A stretch of DNA of 64,000 nucleotides from Octopus vulgaris. Lineage: Eukaryota. Below the pieces are notes generated by a model. The model was given only the letters and a program-made list of their open reading frames with translations. It was not told the DNA's origin and ran no database searches. The translations under genes and the position numbers were made by a program. This document shows, one piece after another, positions 41,040-53,980 of this stretch; the first letter of the stretch is position 1; each line of letters starts with the position of its first letter. The stretch is from NCBI GenBank assembly GCA_951406725.2, contig OX597822.1, positions 107,384,001 to 107,448,000 of the forward strand, written 5' to 3'.

Positions 41040-41423
41040 GGAGGCGCAATGGCCCAGTGGTTAGGGCAGCGGACTCGCGGTCATAGGATCGCGGTTTCGA
41101 TTCCCAGACCGGGCGTTGTGAGTGTTTATTGAGCGAAAACACCTAAAAGCTCCCCGAGGCTACGGCAGGGGATGGTGGAGATCCCTGCTGTTCTCTTTCA
41201 CCACAACTTTCTCTCACTCTTACTTCCTGTTTCTGTTGTACTTGTATTTCAAGGGGCCGGCCTTGTCACTCTGTGTGTGACGCTGAATATCCCCGAGAAC
41301 TACGTTAAGGGTGCACGTGTCTGTGGAGTGCTCAGCCACTTACACGTTAATTTCACGAGCAGGCTGTTCCGTTGATTCGGATCAACCGGAACCCTCGTCG
41401 TCGTAACCAACGGAGTGCTTCCA
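41040..41423 (+). mobile_element. SINE family C1
   Basis: Matches 13186-13567. Confidence 0.88.
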
Positions 41424-41805
41424 TCCATGTGTTTGTGTGTGTGTGTGTGTTTGTGTGTGTGCACGTGCTTCTTCGACTTGTTTTGTGTATTATATTTCCA
41501 AGTTAATATGGTACACCTTTGTTTCAAAATTACAGGTGGCAGTCCCAGGTACACATACACGGGTGCGCACACACACTGACAGAGACACATGAGCACACAC
41601 ACATATGTACGAAAATAATAAACGTCTACGACGACGAAAGACCTACCATCTGCAACTAAGGCCTCCACTGACCATCAGATGTGAGCCCCGTGGACAATTG
41701 CTCCGCTCGAAATCCGGTTTCGCTAGCCACCAGAGAGATAAGACACCGATATAAATCAGAAAGCACAAATGAGGAGAGAACGATTGGATGAGAGGGGAGT
41801 CAACG

Positions 41806-41874
<69 letters not shown>

Positions 41875-41877
<3 letters not shown>

Positions 41878-42190
41878 GTGATACACGATCCCTATTGATC
41901 GTTCTTTTTTTCCTCTTCCCCTTTTTTTCCCCCTTTTTTTCTTCTTTTTTCATTTCTCTTTCCTTTTGTTCCTTTTCCTTTTCATTTTTTTTTCTCTTTT
42001 TATTCTTTTTATTTTATTCAATTTTTTTTGTTTTTGTTCTTTTCTTCCCTTTTACGATCCCTCTTGATCGAAAACCTACGCCACCCCTTTTTTTTCTTTT
42101 GTTTTTTGTTCTCTTCATCCCCCAAAAGAAAAGCTCCACCTTGTAACTTGTCCCATCTGTGTGCAGCCCTGTGTGGCCAATAAAGAAACT
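41875..42190 (+). mobile_element. Fourth Tx1-like 3' UTR copy inside (TATC)n
   Basis: Homologous to 39540-39744 and flanked by TATC repeats on both sides. Confidence 0.78.
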
Positions 42191-42221
<31 letters not shown>

Positions 42222-42822
42222 CTATTTATCTATCTATCTATCTATTTATCTACTCACTCCTTTATCAAAACTCACTCACATTACCTATGTATGTATGTAT
42301 GTATGTATGTATGTGTGTATGTATGTATCTATCTATCTATCAATCTATCTATCTACCTATCTATCTATCTATTTATCTATCTGTCTCTCTATTCGCCTAT
42401 TACATATTATAACATGGAAAATGAATGATGGGCCTCTTTATATCAAATGAGAGTCGGATGTATCGTTATTAACTAGCAATTTATTTTACCTGACAGACGT
42501 CATTTTTCTGTAAATAATTGCCAATTCGAAGGAAAGGGATTGCGTAAGTCACACAGCGTTTCCAACAGAATTTGACACCGTATGACTCGATTAGATTGTC
42601 TTTGTTTAATATGAGACGATTTAGATGAGAAACTTGGATATAAAGAGTCAGGAGGGGTAGATCGTTAGTATTAAATTTTCTGTCATGTAAAATCTCGCTT
42701 ATGTGAAAAGTTAGAAACTTTCAGAAGAACCGAAGTTATATTGGTAAAGGGGTGAATGCACAACAACCAAATTTACTAGATTTTCATATCTGTGGCATTT
42801 ACAGTTTTGATTCAACGAATGA

Positions 42823-43193
42823 TGGGAGCACTCCGTCGGTTACGATGATGAGGGTTCCGGTTGATCCGAATCAACGGAACAGCCTGCTCGTGAAATTAAC
42901 GTGTAAGTGGCTGAGCACTCCACAGACACGTGTACCCTTAACGTAGTTCTCGGGGATATTCAGCGTGACAAAGCCAGCCCCTTGAAATACAGGTACAGCA
43001 GAAACAGGAAGTAAGAGTGAGAGAAAGTTGTGGTGAAAGAGTACAGCAGGGATCACCACCATCCCCTGCCGTAGCCTCGTGGAGCTTTAGGTGTTTTCGC
43101 TCAATAAACACTCACAACGCCCGGTCTGGGAATCGAAACCGCAATCCTATGACCACGAGTCCGCTGCCCTAACCACTGGGCCATTGCGCCTCC
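42823..43193 (-). mobile_element. SINE family C1 with TSD
   Basis: TSD CAACGAATGAT at 42813-42823 and 43196-43206. Confidence 0.88.
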
Positions 43194-43443
43194 ACCAACG
43201 AATGATAGGGATTGTGGAATTGAAGCATTAAATTCCCGTCTATTTCAATCAAAGGAAGGTGTTTCGATTCCAGCTTAAAATCGATTCGCTTATTTTACAT
43301 CACTAACCTCATTCAATTAACCAACAAGCGAATTGTCCGTATTGTTAGACGGATTCTAGGTTCAATTAGAGCTTAGATTTGCCTTGGCTTTCATTCTACT
43401 GGTAAATATCATACCAGTCCAATAGTGGTATTATTAATTCTTC

Positions 43444-44524
43444 GGAGCCGCTATGGCCCAGTGGTTAGGGCAGCGGACTCGCGATCGTAGGATGGCGGTT
43501 TCGATTCCCAGACCGGGCGTTGTGAGTGTTTATTGAGCGAAAACACCTAAAAGCTCCACGAGGCTCCGGCAGGGGATGGTGGTGATCCCTGCTGTACTCT
43601 TTCACCACAACTTTCTCTCACTCTTACTTAATGTTTCTGTTGTACCTTGTATTTCAAAGGGCCGGCCTTGTCACTCTCTGTGTCACGCTGAATATCCCCG
43701 AGAACTACGTTAAGGGTACACGTGTCTATGGAGTGCTTAGCCACTTACACGTTAATTTCACGAGCAGGCTGTTCCGTTGATCGGATCAACCGGAACCCTC
43801 GTCGTCGTAACCGACGGAGTGCTTCCATCATCCAGTATTACAATAGATGAAGGTGGCGAGCTGGCAGAACCGTTAGCGCACCGGGCGAAATGCTCAGGAG
43901 TATTTCGTCTATCGCGGCGTTCTGAGTTCAAATTCCGCCGAGGTCGACTTTGTCTTTCATCCTTTCGGGGTCGATTAAATAACTACCAGTTACGCACTGG
44001 GGTCGATATAATCGACTTAATCCGTTTGTCTGTCCTTCTTTGTCCCTTCTGTGTTTAGCCCCTTGTGGGTAGTAAAGAAATAAGTATTATTAATTCTTCA
44101 TTAAGGCGGCGAGCTGGCAGAAACGTTAGCGAGCCGGGCGAAATGTTTAGCGGTATTTCGTCTGCGTTACGTTGTGAGTTCAAATTCCGCCGAGGTCGAC
44201 TTTGCCTTTCATCCTTTCGGGGTCGATAAATTAAGTACCAGTTACGCACTGGGGGCGATGTAATCGACTTAATACCTATGTCTGTCCTTGTTTGTCCCCT
44301 CTGTGTTTAGCCCCTTGTGGGTAATAAAGAAATAGAAATAGGTATTTCGTCTGCTGCTACGTACTGAGTTCAAATTCCGCCGAGGTCGACTTTGCCTTTC
44401 ATCCTTTCGGGGTCGATTAAATAAGTGCCAGTTACGCACTGGGGTCGATATGATCGACTTAATCCGTTTGTCTGTCCTTGTTTGTCCCTTCTGTGTTTAG
44501 CCCCTTGTGGGTAATAAAGAAATA
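43444..44524 (+). mobile_element. Stacked SINE cluster: C1 (43444-43830), A (43852-44082), A dimer (44104-44524)
   Basis: GTATTATTAATTCTTC is repeated at 43428, 44084 and 44526. Confidence 0.88.
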
Positions 44525-45065
44525 GGTATTATTAATTCTTCAACAACTAAAAGGATATTAATTTCAAATGGTTGGTACAAAGCCATTAGATGCTCAACTA
44601 CTACTTAATGTTTCGACCCAGAAAGGGCAAAAATCAAAGTCGACGTCGTCTGAATTTGAATTCAGGACGTAGAGATGCCAGTTAGCATTTTTATCCGACG
44701 CATTAAAGATTCTGCCTGCTAGATACTTTAATAACAAAAGAACATAATGGTTCACAATGTTATTTGATTATATATATATAAAAAAATCCGACAAAATAAA
44801 TAAATAAATAAAATAAAATACGGGAGATATAAAGTGAAGAAGAGAAGGGACAAGAAGTAAAGGAAAAAAGAAAAGTAGGATGAATGGACGGAAGAGAAAG
44901 AAAGTGAAGAGCTTCACAAAAGACGAGGTGGACGAGAAGGAAGGAGAAGAAAACGAAGTAGAAAAAAGTAGTGGATAGTATGTGTTTGTATATTTATTAA
45001 CGTTACTCACGTACTCTTAGTTCTTATAGTCTCTCTCTCTCTCTCTATCTCTATCTATCTATCTG

Positions 45066-45205
45066 TAGCTTGCTTACTAACCACATGGTTCTGGGTTCAG
45101 TCCCACTGCGTGGCACCTTGGGCAAGTGTCTTCTACTATAACCTCGGCCTGACCAAAGCCTTGTGAGTAGATTTGGTAAACGGAAACTGAAAGAAGCCTG
45201 TCGTA

Positions 45206-45238
<33 letters not shown>

Positions 45239-45467
45239 GCGTGTGTGTGTATATGTTTGTGTGTCTGTGTTTGTTCCCCCAACATCGCTTGACACCCAAT
45301 GCTGGTGTGTTTACGTCCCCGTAACTTAGCGGTTCGTTGAAAGAGACCGATAGAATAATTACTGGGCTTACGAAAATATGTCCTGGGGTCGATTTGCTCG
45401 ACTAAAAGGCGGTGCTCCAGCATGGCCGTAGTCAAATGACTGAAACAAGTAAAAGAGTAAAGAGAGT
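45066..45467 (+). mobile_element. SINE family B, slightly 5'-truncated
   Basis: Matches the family B consensus. Confidence 0.85.
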
Positions 45468-45473
45468 AATGAG

Positions 45474-45528
<55 letters not shown>

Positions 45529-45575
45529 ACGTCTATCTATCTATCTATCTGTCTATCTATCTATCTATCTATCTG

Positions 45576-45661
<86 letters not shown>

Positions 45662-45724
45662 CCTCTGTATGTCTGTCTATGCATATATGTATTTATATAT
45701 GAATATGTGTGTGTGATGTTTTTG

Positions 45725-47345
45725 AATTTCACGTCACTTCGACGAATGAGCATTTAGACAGGACACGGCTTCACAGTGGATTCGCTTATTTTACATCACT
45801 AACCCCATATTTAATCATGTCATCTCACGTGGTTATTGAAGCCTGTTCGGAATTTGGAGACGATGTAGTAGAGTTCTCCATCATTTGACGGTAGAGTGGG
45901 CTCGGCTCGACACTGGGCATTTTTTCTCTTTTAGTGACTTGATTCTGCTCGCAAATTCATGATCACTTGGTAGCTAGAAGCTCCCCACTCTATTCACTGA
46001 CTCTGATTCACATCCATGTCTTAAGGTTTATTTTGTGGGTTTTCAAGTATGTCCTTAGAGTCTGTTTTTAACGTACCAGCGGGCGGGATTGATGTCTGGC
46101 TGCAGAGCTAAGATATCTAAAGCAGAGGAGATTAGATAAGCGAGTGTCTCATACACAGTAATGGGTGAAACCAACTCTGGTGCACTTCTATAAACTTTCT
46201 ATGCCTAGGATGTAACATTTTGGAAAAACCTCTGTTAGTCAAGCCACTTTATGTGGCAAATTGAAAGCATATAGCGGAGATGGGATGTGTTTAGACATTT
46301 ACTATGGTGCCCGTAGAATGTCCATGTTTCACAGCCATACGCGAGGGGGTAGTAAGCATTACTGTCTAGTATACTTTGGTCCTTGTAATCTCAAACAGAT
46401 TGTGATGGAGTCTGAATTAGCCTTAGAAATCTGCTAATTGCTCTCTTCATCCAGTTTGGTTGCCTAAAACGATGGTCACAGTTGTAAGACCATTCCTCAA
46501 TGGACTGATGGACTCTGTGATGGCAAGTACTTCAGTTTCTGATACTTTCGCTCTAAAAAAAAAATGGAACCAAGTAGGACTACGTAATGGCACCTGTATT
46601 GAGTGCAATAAAATTCACTGCCATATTGCAAGTTGCATTCACGGATATTGATGAGGGCGTGCATGTCTCAGGACACCTTGCAACCATTTCAATCTACAAC
46701 GCCTCAGAGACGGACCCAAAGTGAAAGAGTTTCTATTTGCAGATGACCGTGCGTTGATAACACTGTCTCTACCCGACGTCCAACAGTGGTATTGTTAATT
46801 CTTCAACAATTAAAAGAATATTAGTTTCAAATGTTTGGTACTAAGCCATTAGATGCTCAACTACTACTTAATGTTTCGACCCAGAAAGGGCGAAAATCAA
46901 AGTCGACGTCATCAGAATTTGAATTCAGGACGTAGAGATGCCAGTTAGCATTTTTATCCGACGTATAAAGATTCTGCCTGCTAGATACTTTAATAACAAA
47001 AGAATATAAAGGTTCGCAAAGTTATTTAATTATATATATATATATATATTTAAAAACACATTCTGACAAAATAAATAAATAAATAATATAAAACAAGTGC
47101 GATATAAAGAGAAGAGAAGGGACAAGATGTAAAGGAAAAAAGAAAAGTAGGATGAATGGACGGAAGATACTCTCCTATAGAAAATCTCCAAAAAGAAAAG
47201 AGAAAGAAAGTGAAGAGCTTTAGAAAAATAAGAGTAGACGAGGTGGACTAGAAAGAAGAAGAAGAAAATGAAGTATTAGCCAACTGTTTTGCTACTTCTA
47301 CCAAACCCTTCGTTTGAGGAAGACTGAGGTGTGCACTAGCCAACA
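45725..47345. mobile_element. Rearranged RTE-clade LINE: C-terminal part on minus (~45725-46520), RT part on plus (46640-46785 and 47276-47345)
   Basis: Minus strand reads YGCETWTFY. Plus strand reads FNLQRLR..KVKEFLFADDRAL, then NCFATSTKPF..RKTEV after an insertion. Confidence 0.68.
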
Positions 47346-47612
47346 CACGAACCCTTAAAACGGCATATATGTGTAAATGTGTCTATGTGTGTGCGTTTGT
47401 GTGTTTATATATCTATGTATGTCCGAAGTCAGTCGCCATGATAGATCGTTTGCCACTACACACATTTTTACTCTGCTTGTTTCTCTCCTTGCTTTTTCTG
47501 TGTCCCTTTCTCTAAACGTAAAAGACTTTTTCTATTCCTGAGCGTTATACTAATACATCTGTTTGTCTTGTACACCACCTATCTTCGTCTTTTGTTCTTT
47601 TTCGTGAACTCT

Positions 47613-47675
<63 letters not shown>

Positions 47676-50124
47676 GTGTGTGTTTCTAATATATAGAGAA
47701 AATGAGAAGGCAAAAATACATAATATTCTATATAAATTTAAAAACCAGACTGAGAAAGGGAGACGTAAAAGTAGTCGTGTAATTATATAGAAGTAAAAAG
47801 TTTTGTGTAACTATAAAAAATATATATACGAAATCTAGAAGTCAAATCATGAAAGCCTGTGAGGCATAGAAAAACAGAGACAGGCATTTATACATGAAAG
47901 TCTGAAAAAACGGAAAGGAAAGACATAATAACGATAAAGTAAAGATGAAGAGGTAACAGAGGGGAGATATAAAGACAGATTTATGGAAAGTAGAGAGGAA
48001 ACTATTGAGGGATACTTAAATAAAAATAAAATGCGATACAATATTTAATATATTGCGCAGATTAAAGATATTTTTTCAAACGGGTGTCAGAATTTGTTTA
48101 CCAAATGTCTTTAGATTTCTTATGGAATATCTTTGAAGTAACTCTTGGTCTGTAGACAAACTTAGGCACAAACATGAAAATAGCGGAGGACATTAAATAT
48201 TTAAATGACACTATATATTAAAATCACTTTCAAAGAATTTCAAATAGATTCTACATACCACAGAATCTATTTGAAATTATATACTGGGTATTATATCCAG
48301 CCCATTGGTAAAATAGCGGAGTATGGTTTCATTTTAGTGATAAAATTATTTTACACCTAGAATTTAAAAAGTTAAATATGGACATCAACATAAAGAAATA
48401 ATAGTCAAGGCTACGTAAGCAGTATATTCTAGCACCTTCGAGATACGGTTTTGGAAATTGGATCACTTACCACATTACTGTAATTTTGAGGATCATTAAT
48501 CTTTCAGTCTCCCGACATACTGAGAGAAGGATGCAGTAATTCTTTTTCCGGTTGCTTCAAATGATATGTATGCTCCATGTATCTACTTATCAGGCTATGC
48601 TCTGTCAAATACAAAATAATTTTACCAGAGTCTGCCTAATTAACTTCGAACAACACAACTTATCCCTGTGAAGGAATCTACCATCCAGTAAACATAATTT
48701 AACGAAGGCAGTATTACATTGGAGTTAATTATACGACAGACGTTTATTAGTTCCTACATTCAATACCTGAAATCAAATTATTGAGAATTTTATTACAGTT
48801 GTAGCTAACTTTCATTGAGTTCTTCTTAAAGTTATTACAACGCGGAAGACACACAGCCATTAGAAAAGCACTAAAACTGTTAACTTTACTCAAGGTTTTA
48901 TTCTTTGACATAATTTTCATCCTACTGTCTATGACATGACCACCGAAACACTTCTATTGAAACTAAGTTGAGATGGCGATGTTCGCCAGTATATATAGGC
49001 TTCGAAGTTTTAGATATCATTTTTCTCTTATGTATATAGATAAATGTTTAATATGTGTCTTCCGTGTAGCTGCGTTCGTTTCAGCACACGGTTTTAGGTC
49101 AAATCACTCAGGTAAGTATATCTTTTTAAAGTTTTTATAGTAAATGTGACTAATTAGAAACTACCTCAGTATATGGTTTAAAATAGTTTTGCTACATTAC
49201 ACAGCAAAGCCAAGCATAACTGAGAATACTAAACCTGGTAAAATGAAAAAAAAAAGCCCTACATATTTTTAAGTCTGTCGCTTTTGTGTATGCGTTTATG
49301 GTTAAAATCATTTAAGAGCAGGAGATTGGAAATGGATGGGTAGAATTCTATGTCAAACTGGGTAAATATCCAATTATGATTACTGTTTAAACCAATTACT
49401 TATAATATATGTATGTTTCCATAAAACGACATCTATAAGTAGGGAAAAGTTTAAGATAATTGCATCTAACATATATTTAATGACTATACCTACTTTGCTG
49501 TTTTTGAAAGATTAATGAGACTACACTTGGGATCAGCTATAAATCAAATATGGGATTTACATGTCCCTAAACATTTATCTGTCTACTTTAAATATGATAG
49601 CAAATGTTTATGCCTCTTTATTTTGTGATAGGTCCTGGTGTTGGTTTTTTTTTGTTTAGTATCTGTAATGTTATTTCAAAGCAAATGAGTTTTGTGGATA
49701 TGTCAGCTTCAACAGAGACTTATATTCTTGGTATAAAGTATTAATATTTCACAAGCGATTTGACCTGGATTTTTTAAAGAACTCTATGGATTGAATTCCT
49801 GTGAGAACAAATTGTTGTCGTTATGATTTTATGAAAACGTTCGTTCGCAATAATCTACCAACCTCTTAATGTGCAATGGAAAATTTTCTCCATTAAACCT
49901 ATATTTTCGATCATTAAAATTCTTAGTTCATTCATTAACGACAAAATATTTCCAGTGAATTCTATTTAAGTGTAATTTCCGCTTTGTATTTTGTTTTATT
50001 AATCATCTTACTACGCATTTCTCGAAAGAATAATTAAGGAGACCAATGAATATGAAACTGCATGCAAACATTTATAGTTAAATTTTCCTAAATGCGTAAA
50101 GTGCTCTGCAGTAATGAACCATTA

Positions 50125-51027
50125 ACTGAATGAGGGAAAATTTGAGCTGATGCATTTTGGAAGATAATTCCTCACTAAAACAACCATACTCTCTTCCTTC
50201 AGGGGAACCGCTCACAGCCTCTAACAATATCAGAGACCTGGGTGTAATTGTTGATGACGATCTCAGTTGGAGCGCACACATCAACAAGAAGGTCGATACA
50301 GCTCGTAGGATGAGTTCCTGGATCTTAAGAACTTTCCGGTCCAGAGAACAAGGTGTCATCATACCACTTTTTTCATCCTTTGTACGGCCACACCTTGAAT
50401 ACTGCTGCCCACTGTGGTCTCCTCACACAAGACAAAACATCTCCAGAATTGAGTCACCCCAGAGGGCACTCACTAAACAAATTGAAGGCATGGCTGCTCT
50501 CGACTATTGGGATCGCCTTAAAGCCTTGAAACTTTACTCCCTCCAGCGTCGCCGTGAGCGGTACATCATTTGTACGATGTGGAAAATATACCGCCAACTT
50601 TGCCCAAACGACCTAAACATTAGCTTCAAGGTTCATCCGAGACTTGGACCACGGGCTATACGTCCCCTGCCAAATTCAAGATCACAACATACATGTACAC
50701 TGCAACATAATTTCTTTTCCTCAACAGGCCCTGCCCTATTTAACATTGTCCCGAGGGAGATCAAAGAGGAAAAGGATCCTATCAACTTCAAACAGAGTCT
50801 GGATAGATTCCTTCAAAGAATACCAGACAAGCCACCCATAATTGGATACAACTCACCCAACAAGAACTCACTACTTGAACAAAACTGGATACAACTCACC
50901 CAACAAGAACTCACTACTTGAACAAAACTTGACTTAAACAGGATTCGAATAATCCTATCAGGTGGTGCTATTAAGTTAGACATATGGACCAATCTCTGGT
51001 CGAAACATATCTAAGTTTATTTATCTA

Positions 51028-51030
<3 letters not shown>
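50125..51030 (+). mobile_element. 5'-truncated CR1-group LINE, same family as 18448-19338
   Basis: ORF 50157-50921 is nearly identical in protein. A ~43-bp tandem duplication at 50843-50928 alters the C-terminus. The tail repeats TATCTAAGTTTAT. Confidence 0.9.
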
Positions 51031-51105
<75 letters not shown>

Positions 51106-51110
51106 GTATT

Positions 51111-51141
<31 letters not shown>

Positions 51142-51204
51142 GTATTTATATATATATATATATATATGTATATGTATTTATATATATATATATATATATG
51201 TATT

Positions 51205-51265
<61 letters not shown>

Positions 51266-51317
51266 ATATATTTTATATATATATATATATATGTATTTAT
51301 ATATATATATATATATG

Positions 51318-51371
<54 letters not shown>

Positions 51372-51544
51372 AATATATGTACATATACACACCCACTCAC
51401 ACACATATACTCATCTATGCATACACCTGCAGAAAAATATATACGCATATGCATTTATAAAGCATATATATATATGTGTGTGTGTGTGTGTTTTGCATTT
51501 ATATACATATACACACAAGCATATCTACATATATATATATATGC

Positions 51545-51575
<31 letters not shown>

Positions 51576-51605
51576 TACATATATAATATAAACGTATGTA
51601 TACAT

Positions 51606-51656
<51 letters not shown>

Positions 51657-52139
51657 CTACGTATACATACATACGCACGTACATATTCACACTCGCGCGC
51701 CTATACATATGTACATAAGACTGTAATTGTACCGAGACAAACAGCAAATACGAAACCATGCAAATATACGTACGATTATGATAATTAGCAGCATATAAAT
51801 ACATTAAATACACCGATTATATATATGAATATAAGAAACACTTGAGACGCTCATCAAAGGTATATAATAATTTAGTGAAGAAACATTAAGAAATTCGATA
51901 ACATATATATAAAAATGGAAGGCTCTATATATTAGAATATATATCAATATTAAATGTATAAAATTTGGATTATACTAGTTGTGTGATGGTTGCAATAACA
52001 CAAATACGGAATAAATTTTATGGAATTGTAAGAACATAATAATAAGTAAAGGCATATCTGTGTGTGCATACTTCTGGAAAGTCTCGTAGATATTTATGTG
52101 TGTATGTGTGTACGTATATATGTATGTATTATTCGTGTA

Positions 52140-52340
52140 TTCTTTTACTTGTTTCAGTCATTTGACTGTGGCCATGCTGGAGCACCACCTTTAGTCGAGC
52201 AAATCGACCCCAGGACTTATTCTTTGTAAGCCTAGCACTTATTCTATCGGTCTCTTTTGCCGAACCGCTAAGTTACGGAGACATAAACACACCAGCGTCG
52301 GTTGTCAAGCGATGTTGGGGGAACAAACACAGACGCACAA

Positions 52341-52373
<33 letters not shown>

Positions 52374-53167
52374 GAAATTCGGGGTGAGTACTTGATAATT
52401 ATAAGCACCTGTGTGTACCGTTTGGAGGTGTAGGTAGTGGAGTAACTTGATCAAAATAAAAACATGATGCCAAGGATTCAGCGGTACATATGTTTCGGGC
52501 CTTTATTAGACAGATTTATAACAATGCATAATGTATGTCTGTGGCCTTCTTCAGCCGCGCACAACAGCTTCCACAAGGACATGTGTAACATCAAAAATTC
52601 TTGGTTGGGGATGCAAATCCTCTCATTCGCGTACGAGATAATGCGGCAACAGCATAGAATTGAAGCGTCCATCTCTTTCTTCTCTCAGAATCCTTGGCAT
52701 CATGTTTTTATTTTGATCAATTATATATATATATATATATATACATATATACGATGGGCTTCTTTCAGTTTCTATCTACCAAATCCACTCACAAGGCTTT
52801 GGTTGGCCCGAGGCTATAGTAGAAGGCACTTGACCAATGTGCCACGCAGTGGGACTGAACCCGGAATCATGTGGTTCGTAAGCAAGCTACTTACCTATTT
52901 CTTTATTACCCACAAAGGGCTAAACATAGAGGGGACAAACAAGGACAGACATAGGTATTAAGTCGATTACATCGACCCCAGTGCGTAACTGGTACTTAAT
53001 TTATCGACCCCGAAAGGATGAAAGGCAAAGTCAACCTCGGCGGAATTTGAACTCACAACGTAACGACAAGTGAAATACCGTTAAGCATTTCGCCCGGCGT
53101 GCTAACGTCTCTGCCAGCTCTCCGCCTTGGTAAGCAAATTACTTACCACACAGCCACTCCTACGCCT
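52140..53167 (-). mobile_element. SINE family B interrupted by a hammerhead-bearing fold-back (52373-52722) and by SINE A (52895-53127)
   Basis: Tail 52140-52345; head 52748-52894 and 53128-53167. GTAAGCAA..TACTTACC is duplicated around SINE A. Confidence 0.82.
52481..52558 (-). ncRNA. Type I hammerhead ribozyme motif
   Basis: GCGG-CTGAAGA-AGGCC...(AGACA/TGTCT)...GGCCC-GAAA-CATATG-TA-CCGC. Helix III is palindromic, the triplet is GUA, and there is an A-C mismatch at the base of helix II. Confidence 0.75.
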
Positions 53168-53259
53168 ATGTATGTATGTATGTATGTATGTATGTATGTA
53201 TGTATGTATGTATGTATGTATGTTGTATGTATGTATGTATGTATGTATGTATGCATGTA

Positions 53260-53980
53260 TGTCTGTCTGTAGATTTGTATGTTCTGTTTTCATGCATATA
53301 GCTGCATGTCTAGATATGCTAAAGAAATCATATATACTTAAATCATAAAGTTTTACGGAATTTTATAGGTTTGGATATGTAGTCTTCGAATCAGCTTTCT
53401 CCTTTCTGGTTTTGAGAAACCTTGTTTCTTAAGATTGGTAATTAAGCAGTGTACGTACGTATCGATGTACGTTTGTCTTTCAGTTTCATTTAAAAATGTC
53501 TTGCCAATAGGGTAAGAGTCAGTTTCTAACCTAAATTCAAACCTCCTTCATTAGAATTTCAACAACAGCAGAGTATTTTTGTTTGTATATATGTATGTAT
53601 TTGTGCAGATTTATGTTTTGTTTTATGTATATATCCCCATGCATGTGTAGACATGCTCATATATATTTAAATGATAAATGTCTAGAAAGTTTTACAGATT
53701 TTTACACTTCCAGCGATGGTTTGGATATGTAGTCTTCGAATTAGCTTTCGCTTTTCTGGTTTTGAGAAGAATAAATTTTCAAGATCGGCATTTACATATC
53801 CCAAGACCCAACAATTGAAGTTATAGACTTGAAATTGTAATCTGGAGAGAGTAACTGTATATTTCTTAGTAGTTCAGCGTAGGTATTCTTCTTTTCATTG
53901 ATCCTCAGTTTTATGTTAACATCCGCTCGGTAGCTAATTTCCACAACTGTACACAATTTCTCTTCTCTATTCTAAATCAT
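53260..53980 (-). mobile_element. Two tandem 3' fragments of an RLE-type non-LTR retrotransposon
   Basis: Reads REEKLCTVVEISYRADVNIKLRINEKKNTYAELLRNIQLL..IVG. FSKPE(K/R)RKLIRRLHIQT occurs twice. Confidence 0.75.
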
